A DNA stretch of 64,000 nucleotides, taken from assembly GCA_000091205.1 (NCBI GenBank), contig AP006501.2, one strand, 5' to 3'. Shown piece by piece: positions 35,369 through 43,290 of the stretch. The stretch is from Cyanidioschyzon merolae. Taxonomy: Eukaryota. A model generated the notes under the pieces. The model was not told the origin of the DNA. It worked only from the letters and a program-made list of their open reading frames with translations, and ran no database searches. Within the stretch, counting starts at the first letter, position 1. The number at the start of each line of letters is the position of its first letter. The position numbers were made by a program, and so were the translations under genes.

Positions 35369-36406
35369 ATGGTAGTATTGCGCAGCATGATGGAAACTTG
35401 GTCGTTTACGGGTACCCATCGATCACGCAAGCTGGGACCCATGGTCAATATAAGCGACTTTTATCATCCGGAAATCGTCAAGCGTTGCGGTCGGTGCGCA
35501 GATGCGTTGCACTGCGACACGCCCAGAGGCCGGTGCGTTCCAGGCTCCGCCCGAGTGCTGCTGCTTGCTTGTCTGTTTCTTCTCTCGTACTTCATGGATC
35601 AAGTGAATAGTTCTAACTCACTAACAATTGCAATAGTTGGTTTCGGCAACTTCGGACAGTTTTTGGCGAAAGCGTTTGTTCAGGCCGGTCACCGGGTGAT
35701 CGGACATTCGCGCACCAACTACGAAGCGATTGCGAGGCAGCTCGGTTGCGGTTTCGAAACCAGTGCGGATGCGCTGATGGACCTCCATAATCCTGACATT
35801 GTCGTGTTATCGACTTCGATACTCTCAACCGAAGAGGTCCTGCGCCGATTCCCGACAGCGAAGCTTCGGAGCTGCCTCGTTGTCGACGTGCTGAGCGTCA
35901 AGGTGTATGCACGGGAGCTCATGCTACGCTACGCACCTGAAGAGGCTGATATTTTGGCGACGCATCCCATGTTTGGTCCAGAGTCAGGACGTGGTTCATG
36001 GCGGGGCTTACCATTTGTCTTTGAGCGCACGCGAGTTCGTCAGCACGAGCGTTGCGAGGCCTTTCTATCTATCTTTCGGGAGCGTGGTTGCACGCTCATC
36101 GAGATGCCATGTCAAGAACATGATCACTATGCGGCGAGTACACAATTCATCACCCATACGACAGGTCGCATGTTGGCCGAGCTCAAAATTGCCTCCACAC
36201 CAATCAACACCCGCGGCTTTGAAGCACTGTTGGCGGTTGTAGAGACGACGGTGCGGGATTCTTTCGATCTCTATTACGGTTTGTACCGCTTTAATCCGAA
36301 TGCAAAGCAAGAGTTGGAGAAGATGCAGCGAGCACTCGAGCAAGTACGAGCCCAACTCGAAGCGTACGACCGCAAGTGTCGCGAGGCTGAAGCACGCTCA
36401 GCCTGA
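35369..36406 (+). CDS. Arogenate/prephenate dehydrogenase (TyrA), plant-type
   Basis: IAIVGFGNFGQFLAK...ILSTEEVL...VDVLSVK...THPMFGPESG...CEAFLSIFRERGCTLIEMPCQEHDHYAASTQFITHTTGRML...STPINTRGFEALL...DSFDLYYGLYRFNPNA is near-collinear with Arabidopsis arogenate dehydrogenase. The N-terminal ~75 aa (hydrophobic VLLLACLFLLSYF) may be a targeting sequence. An alternative start is ATG 35594. Confidence 0.8.
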   Translation: MVVLRSMMETWSFTGTHRSRKLGPMVNISDFYHPEIVKRCGRCADALHCDTPRGRCVPGSARVLLLACLFLLSYFMDQVNSSNSLTIAIVGFGNFGQFLAKAFVQAGHRVIGHSRTNYEAIARQLGCGFETSADALMDLHNPDIVVLSTSILSTEEVLRRFPTAKLRSCLVVDVLSVKVYARELMLRYAPEEADILATHPMFGPESGRGSWRGLPFVFERTRVRQHERCEAFLSIFRERGCTLIEMPCQEHDHYAASTQFITHTTGRMLAELKIASTPINTRGFEALLAVVETTVRDSFDLYYGLYRFNPNAKQELEKMQRALEQVRAQLEAYDRKCREAEARSA

Positions 36407-37374
36407 AACCCCAGTGGACGCTATCTTTCACGAGGTGCGAGACATGGACGGGATATATGGCGCGCTGTGTTGGGAACGGCCGTGTAAGCTGGTCGGCTGC
36501 TACCGGGAGCATCGCATCGAGATGCCCGTGCCTGCTCTCGAGTCCGTGGGCTCGGAGACCGGACGCTCCGGCGCTGCCAAGACAAGATGTCGATATGGGC
36601 GATACGTACACGATTGATGAATTTTCTGCAGAATGCTGAGAGGTGCCACGGCATTACGCGACGGTACTGTGGCGTTGCAACGCCCATCTTGCCACGGAGC
36701 GCCCACAGGCGCGCGCGCACACACACACACACAAAGGCCTTATTTTTCTGCTGACCCGATAGGCGCCGAGCTTCGCACAAACGCTTGCTACGGAGCTTGT
36801 CGGGTCAGCAGACAAATGAGGTCCTCGTGCTGCGACCTGTGGACGTCGGAGCGCAAGCCGGATCCGGCGATGACGACTCCCCGTCCGGATGCGAACGAGA
36901 ACATTCAGCTGCCGCGCAAGGTTCCGGAAATCGCGTTTTTCATGGCATTCGCCATCGGGATGTTGCACTCGTTCGCTGTGTGTTGTTATTCCGGACCAGA
37001 TCGCTGGTCATGCTGAGATTGTTCAACGTGTCACGCAATGGTGACGAATGGGCTCCTGCTGTGCGACATGAATCATTTTATACTCGTCATTGGGATTCTG
37101 GAGCCCAACGCATCTGCGAGCTAGGCACGTCGCCGTGATTCACCGGTTAAAGGTTTCACTTTTGCTCAAAGCGTAGTGTGCACTCAGTACAGCTTCAAAA
37201 AAATTGACAATGTGTCTGCGATACATTCGAGTCGATTCCAACGCTTGCGGCCTCTTAGGGACTGGATGCGTTACTCCAGCCGCAGCACATGTGCCTCGGA
37301 GGTAGCAGCTTGCGAAAGCATGGTCGTCGCTGGGAGCGCGCTGCGCGTTGAACCCCATGGCATCATCGCTGCGC

Positions 37375-38553
37375 TCACGATTGGCCAGCGAGGACAGCGG
37401 CTCTGTTGGCAGCCGCCTCCAGCCCTGGCCGTGAACACTGGCGTCGCACTGCCCGTTTCACATCATCTACAGACGGCAAGGCGCGCTCTTCCAGATTCTT
37501 TGCATAGGGCATGACAACATCTGCACCAGTGACGCGCTCACACGGGGCGTCCAGATAATCAAACGCTGGAGACTCTAGGATTCGCGCACAGATCTCTGCC
37601 CCGACACCGCTCTGGGGGAAGCCGCCCTCCACAGTCACACATCGGTGTGTGTGCATCACGGATTCAATGATTGTCTGGTCATCAATGGGTCGAATAGTTC
37701 GCAGATTAATAACCTCCACCTGGATGCCATCCTCGGCCTGCAATTCTTCAGCGGCCTGCAGCGCAAGCCCCACATACCGACCCAGTGCAACCACTGTGCA
37801 ATCACTGCCCGAACGCGCAACTTTTGCCTTCCCCAGTGGTACGACAAAATCCGGCTTCATGACTTGTTCCGAGACCTTAAAGCTCCGTCCATACATGATT
37901 TCATCTTCAAGCACACAAACGGGATTGTCGTCCAAAATCGCCGCTGTGAGAAGTCCCTTGGCGTCTTCTGCGTCGAAGGGCATCACGACCTTCAGGCCTG
38001 GTACGTGTCCGTACCAGGCAGCGTAGCACTGCGAGTGTTGACCTGCGACACCCGCAGCGGCACCGTTCGGCCCTCGAAACACGATCGGCACTTTAATGCG
38101 GCCTCCACTCATATAGTGTGTTTTCGCTGCTGAGTTCACAATCTGATCTATTGCTTGCATAGCAAAGTTCCAGGTCATAAACTCCACTACAGGGCGCAGC
38201 GCACCACCTCGCGGCTCTGAACCTCGCGTCGCAGTGAACGCGGCACCGACACCGAGACCCGCGAAACCCTGCTCCGTGATCGGCGTGTCGATCACACGTT
38301 CCGTACCGTACTTTTCGAGTAAACCTTTGGTGACTTTGTAAGCGCCCTGGTACTGCGCAACTTCTTCGCCAAGGATGACCACGCGCGGATCACGTTCCAT
38401 TGCCTGATCCAATGCCGTGTTTAACGCTTCCCGAACGGTGACTTCCACGTCACCTCCAGTTGATGCCCATCGCCGCACAGTTTGACCCAACGGTGACCTA
38501 TGAATCAAAGTGTTCGCCCGACCAAATCGCGTGATAAACTGTGTCGCCACCAT
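37375..38553 (-). CDS. PDHB: Pyruvate dehydrogenase E1 component beta subunit, presequence-bearing
   Basis: 392-aa single-exon ORF starting at ATG, with a presequence-like N-terminus [20 protein letters not shown]. Conserved PDHB blocks run throughout ([39 protein letters not shown], transketolase C-terminal domain). It contains an ~11-aa insertion ([11 protein letters not shown]) in the GAA(M)AGLRP loop. Confidence 0.9.
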   Translation of the reverse strand: MVATQFITRFGRANTLIHRSPLGQTVRRWASTGGDVEVTVREALNTALDQAMERDPRVVILGEEVAQYQGAYKVTKGLLEKYGTERVIDTPITEQGFAGLGVGAAFTATRGSEPRGGALRPVVEFMTWNFAMQAIDQIVNSAAKTHYMSGGRIKVPIVFRGPNGAAAGVAGQHSQCYAAWYGHVPGLKVVMPFDAEDAKGLLTAAILDDNPVCVLEDEIMYGRSFKVSEQVMKPDFVVPLGKAKVARSGSDCTVVALGRYVGLALQAAEELQAEDGIQVEVINLRTIRPIDDQTIIESVMHTHRCVTVEGGFPQSGVGAEICARILESPAFDYLDAPCERVTGADVVMPYAKNLEERALPSVDDVKRAVRRQCSRPGLEAAANRAAVLAGQS

Positions 38554-38744
38554 GGTCGCGTCTCGAAACGCATAAAGCGTTGAAACGCCACAAGCACCAA
38601 CGATGCACCTATTGCTTCGAGTCGCTTGCGTGACGCCGGCGGCGATTCTTTTCCTTCATTGACAAAACGTGTACTGAGGCCAGCGTTCTCCGATGATGCG
38701 CTTTTTTCTATTCTTAGTTTTTTTGTGTTGTTTTCCAGTGCACG

Positions 38745-39000
38745 GTGAGGTATCTATCAAACCCCTACCTCCATGTTACATTACCGATACTTCATCTCGG
38801 ATATTCTGGTCGTTTCACCGCCGATGAGGATGATGATCGCCTTTGTCGATGCACGCTGCATTCGTCAACTGAAAACCGCACCGGCGATGGGCGCGCATCG
38901 AGTGCGGCAGCGGCAATCGGCGAACGACGTATCGGGAGGGTATCCATTTGGATCGTTGGGTGATATTCTCGGTGAACGTCAAGTCGGTGTAAAGCGTTTC
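38745..39000 (+). mobile_element. Short fragment of the TnpB/Fanzor-like family (copy E) inside the PDHB/HEAT divergent intergenic region
   Basis: 38790-38830 CTCGGATATTCTGGTCGTTTC is homologous at DNA level to 63655-63690 (copy F) and to the reverse complement of 35320-35345 (copy B'). It encodes LGYSGRFTAD (LG.ARFV-like). Confidence 0.3.
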
Positions 39001-39189
39001 GTTTCATTTCACTGAATGTACGTACTCGTTGGTTGGGTTGGTTCCATATCTTCGAAATCACGTACCAGACGCTTTCAAGGAGGTGGGTACGATTACCTAT
39101 GTTTTGAATTGCAGAGCCGATGCGTTGCCAGGAGCCGCGGGCGACAGCGTGCTCCTTGCCAGCGCGCGACCGCCAGGGCGCCGTGGTTG

Positions 39190-40014
39190 ATGACCGGTGG
39201 CACAGCCTCGTCGGGCAAACCAGAACCATCCGATGAGCGTGAAGGTAAATCGTCTAGTGAGCCCCCTGCTCCGAAATATCGCGCGGAAGAACTGTTGGCG
39301 TGGTTGGAGTCTGCGGACCCGACGACGCGCCTCCGCGCGGTGCTCGCGTGCCGCCACCTGACCGCTGTTGAGGCGGCGCCTGTCTTGGAGAAGGCAGTGC
39401 GAATAAACGAACCCGAGGTGCAGAACCGATCCTTTGCGGCTCTCGCGCTGGGTTACTTGCCGAATGAGCGCTCGTACGAGTTGCTGTCCGGGATACTGCG
39501 TAACGATATTTCGGGCGAGGTTCGCTCGAGCGCAGCAGCAGCACTGGGGTATCTGGGCGAACGACGCGCGGTTCCCGAGCTGCGTATTGCGCTCTTGGAG
39601 GATTTTCATTGGTCAACACGGATATCTGCGGCAGTCTCCCTGGGTTTGCTCCAGGATGAACGCGCGTTTGATGCTCTGGTCGATGGTCTTCGGCTGGCGC
39701 GACGTTATCGACGCGAAGAGGGAAACGCTTTGAAGAGAGCTTGCCTGGGATCGCTGGGCGAGCTCGGGATGCCCCAGGCGGTGTCGCATCTGGTTTTTTA
39801 TGCGCAGGAGCGCGACTTTTTGACGCGCCAAGTGCTAGCCGAAGCACTCGGGCGATTGCTTCATCGAACCCGTCGGCTGGAAGCTGATCGAATGACCCAG
39901 AGGCAACTGCAACTCGCACGAGAGTGTTTGGAGTATCTGGCCCGTGATGATCATGAAAATGTCCGCCGCGCCGCCCAGCTCGCTTTGGCAAATCTTTCCG
40001 TCGTTTCCGACTGA
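39190..40014 (+). CDS. PBS-lyase HEAT-like repeat protein
   Basis: Tandem HEAT-like repeats: VRSSAAAALGYLGERRAVPELRIALLEDFHWSTRISAAVSLGLLQDERAFDALVDGL and further repeats. Start ATG 39190. No His-Glu pairs, so not deoxyhypusine hydroxylase. Confidence 0.6.
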   Translation: MTGGTASSGKPEPSDEREGKSSSEPPAPKYRAEELLAWLESADPTTRLRAVLACRHLTAVEAAPVLEKAVRINEPEVQNRSFAALALGYLPNERSYELLSGILRNDISGEVRSSAAAALGYLGERRAVPELRIALLEDFHWSTRISAAVSLGLLQDERAFDALVDGLRLARRYRREEGNALKRACLGSLGELGMPQAVSHLVFYAQERDFLTRQVLAEALGRLLHRTRRLEADRMTQRQLQLARECLEYLARDDHENVRRAAQLALANLSVVSD

Positions 40015-40979
40015 AAACCCTCTGACGCTGCACGCGCCGGTCTATGCCCAGAATCCGTATTGAGACTCTGACGACATGAACCAGATAAAATATCTTTTTT
40101 GGCTCTGAACTCGCTACTCACATGGACCTCTGCAAGTCCCGAGCCGTCTCCGCTTTACGCGTTCCCAGGGCATTGCCCAGCATCGTTCTGGAGCCAGCGC
40201 CGGTCACCCTGTACACGGAAGCATCCCAGAAGCTTCGCCGGAGGTGTGCAGCGTTTCCAGCGCAAACACGCGACCGGAGTGATGCAGATCGGAATGCAGC
40301 AGCGCAATCATTATCGTGTTATTGAAAGGTTGGTAACGGAGGCTTTTCTATCCTGACCTAGAATGCCGTTAAACCCGTATCAGATGAATATCGAGAACTG
40401 AACTGGTTGTTGTGGTGCTTTCGTGCGATATTTTTCCATGCTCTTTTCAGATGTACAGTCGGGATATGCAAAGTGCAGCAACATGAGCTACTGGATGCAT
40501 GTGTCGTGTTACGGCTTTCGATCGTTTGTTCGGTTGCGCTCTTTCGACGTTTTGCCGATGACAATCGTGACTTGATCGGAATCAAGCGGATTCTCAAAGC
40601 CTTCAACCAAAGCTTCGTAAAATAACCGATATCCTTATCTGATAACAACGCAGAGGCCCTTGCAACACTCCTTTCCATACTTGAAACATGCTCAACTCAT
40701 GCATTCTTCATGTTTGCAGTCTTTCGGTTTCAACGCACGTCGTGCGTGCAGCAATTCGCACCGCTGAATTGACGAGAAAATGGACGGGACGTCGTCCCGT
40801 GATTCCTTGTTCAACAGCTCATGCCGAAATCTGACGGGACTTTTTTTCTTTGATTCCTCACATAGGATATATGCTCCCAGAGGCTCCCGTCTTTTCTGAC
40901 CGCCTGGATAAGCGACTTGGACCTGGACTCGAGGCACCACAGCGATCGCTTCCGATCCCGAGCGCGTCAGTAATTTGCG

Positions 40980-41500
40980 CGAAGCGAGCGTAGGTGGATC
41001 CAAAAATTTCTCGACGTGATCTCGAGTGTGGATTTTCTTTCAGCTACTTGTTTCATCCTGAACAACATTGCGATCTACAAATCCTATATCGAATCAAACA
41101 ACATGCGTTTGCAGCGGAAAGAGTACTCGCGGAAGGGATGGCCCAATGAAAGCCCGTGATCGTAGGGCACGGCACCGGGTGCGGAAATGATGGGCGGCAT
41201 CGAGGCGAGCCTTCTGTTGAGGTACGGGTATGCAGGGTGGGATGAATCAGGCGTTCAAGCGGCACGGGTCGGCCCTCGGAAGAGGACAGGTTGGTAGACT
41301 TATAGGTGCACCTGACCACGACGAAGTGTCTCGGCTGCGAAGTGCGCTTCCAGGGATGAGTGCAAACAGGATGACAATTCCAAGCGACGTTTGTATTGCA
41401 ACAATCGCATGTGGATGAAATGGGTCAGCAACAGCTGAAGGGATCGAGAATGGGACTCGAACGCCACCACCAACATCCTTCGACTGCTGGCAACGAAACT
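40980..41500 (+). mobile_element. TnpB/Fanzor-like degenerate copy C
   Basis: KFLDVISSVDFLSATCFILNNIAIYKS at 41000-41090 is homologous at DNA and protein level to copy A (EFLDLVSIQVFPPSTCFILDSIACHKS). DSNATTNILRLL at 41454-41489 is RuvC-III-like. Frameshifts and stops lie between them. Confidence 0.4.
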
Positions 41501-41927
41501 CGAGGGGAGTGAGAGACCGGCTCATTGAAAGCCGGGAATATGAAAGCGGACAAGGAAGCTGTCGGAGAAAAATCGCATCATAGCTGGTTTTGATGGCATT
41601 AGGAAAAGACGCAAACCTCAAACTGGACCCCCGAGTTAGCTGAGTGCACTCATCGCATTTTATTCTGATACGGCTGCTGTCTGCGATCAAGATACCCCTG
41701 TTGATTGTTTTGTTACCGTATGCGCCTGCTCGTTTGGATTCTGACCTGGCTCCCTTGCAACCGAGAAGCAGCCGGTGCTGGCGAAAACACAGATGCTGGC
41801 TCGCCGCGCACCGAATAACCTCGATACGCTGCAACTTTGGCAAACGTTTGACGCACGTCGCTAAACCGTTGAACCAGCTGCCGCGTATCCCGTCACTGTA
41901 CTGCGAACAGGTCGCGCCCATGCGTTC

Positions 41928-43175
41928 ATGGCACGAGGCACTCGCAAAGTGAACAGTTCATCGAAAACCGGCTCCAGTTCGGTTGGCAACGCCGGCCCCG
42001 GTACTCGAGTGGCGGTGGTTATCGGAGGCGCGGGCTTCACCGGCCAGTACCTCGTGCGTCGCCTACTTCAAGGTCTCGAGAAACCGTTTTGCGAGCCTTA
42101 TGGTGAAGTACGGATCGTGGACACCCTGCAACCTTCGGCGGACGTAGCAGGTGACGCTCGCGTTCACTACTTTCAGGGCGCTGTTGGCGCTGGTACCGAC
42201 GACTTCCTCCGCGAGGCGTTCGCTGGAGCCACCTCGTGCTTCTACGTCGCTTCGACGGACTCAAGAACGCTTTCCCGGTCTCGGGCGTGGCGGACAAACG
42301 TCTACGGCGCGATGCAGTGTCTCGAGTTCGCTCAGTGCTCGGGACTGAAAGCGTTTGTGTACACATCAAGTCACAACGTGGTGTGTGATTTTCGCACACC
42401 TATTCGTGGCGCCGACGAAGTCACGAGCCGCATTCCCTCACGACACTGCGACGTCTACTCGGCAAGCAAAGCGGCCGCAGAACAGCTCATACTCGCCAGA
42501 GACACACCCGGCCAGCTCCGCGTGTGTGCTATTCGACCGGTGGGTATATACGGACCAGGGGAACAGGTTCACTTCAATCGACTTTTTCAATTATCGCGGT
42601 ATCTGGGCATGCACTGGATAGAGACCGTACCTCACGATCCGTTCTGTATGGATTGGGTCCACGTCGAGTCGGTTGCGGACGCGTTGCTGCTGGGAGCAGC
42701 GGCTCTGATGGATCCCGAACGTCAGCCACTGGTTGCTGGCAAGGCCTTTTTTGTCACCGACGACGGCGGACCGACGAGTGTCCAACGAGTTTTCGATCCC
42801 GTCCTGGAAGCCGCAGGCATTCGCCTGCCAAAGCAACGCTTTCGCGTCCACTGGCGTCTTCTGTATGTGTTTGCGCTGATGTGTGAGCTCGTCGCATGGG
42901 TGCTGGACGATAAGCCGCTGTTGATGCGGATGGAGATCCGCAAAGCGCACATCGCCCACACCTTCCGAACAGACGCTGCTCGACAGGCGCTTGGCTATGC
43001 TCCACGGTATACAACCGCCGCCGGTATCCAAGCTTGGGCAGAACTTGTTCGCAAACAGTTGGCTGGTCGTGTGCTCGAGACAGATCCGATCGAGATTCGG
43101 CGTCTGTGTCGTCAAGTAGCCTCCATATCGAGTATATTTATCATCGTTACTGCTGTAGCAGCTTCGGTTGCTTAA
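41928..43175 (+). CDS. 3-beta-hydroxysteroid dehydrogenase / sterol-4-alpha-carboxylate 3-dehydrogenase (NSDHL/ERG26-like), NAD(P)-dependent epimerase/dehydratase fold
   Basis: Rossmann motif VAVVIGGAGFTGQYLVRRLL, catalytic YSASKAAAEQLIL, and YTSSHNVV are consistent with the 3-beta-HSD family. A C-terminal hydrophobic tail ISSIFIIVTAVAASVA is as in ERG26/NSDHL. Confidence 0.7.
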   Translation: MARGTRKVNSSSKTGSSSVGNAGPGTRVAVVIGGAGFTGQYLVRRLLQGLEKPFCEPYGEVRIVDTLQPSADVAGDARVHYFQGAVGAGTDDFLREAFAGATSCFYVASTDSRTLSRSRAWRTNVYGAMQCLEFAQCSGLKAFVYTSSHNVVCDFRTPIRGADEVTSRIPSRHCDVYSASKAAAEQLILARDTPGQLRVCAIRPVGIYGPGEQVHFNRLFQLSRYLGMHWIETVPHDPFCMDWVHVESVADALLLGAAALMDPERQPLVAGKAFFVTDDGGPTSVQRVFDPVLEAAGIRLPKQRFRVHWRLLYVFALMCELVAWVLDDKPLLMRMEIRKAHIAHTFRTDAARQALGYAPRYTTAAGIQAWAELVRKQLAGRVLETDPIEIRRLCRQVASISSIFIIVTAVAASVA

Positions 43176-43290
43176 TTGCGTTGCGTCGGTATGTAAATCT
43201 CGTGTGACTCGTGAACATGCGCTTTCACGTCGTCGTATGCGTTTGGAATCGAGGTGCGGCCAATACGTAGCGGAACGTTCATGCTGCGTG

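Noticed and set aside
39254-40033. 259-aa minus-strand ORF antisense to the HEAT-repeat gene, and similar antisense ORFs such as 11793-12317, 17883-18299, 28976-29443 and 59561-60151
   Set aside because: They are low-complexity Arg/Pro/Ala/Ser-rich translations of the opposite strand of well-supported genes in GC-rich DNA. None has recognisable motifs.
41247-41921. 224-aa minus-strand ORF between the HEAT gene and the ERG26-like gene
   Set aside because: It overlaps the decayed TnpB-like copy C on the opposite strand and has no recognisable similarity. It is likely spurious.
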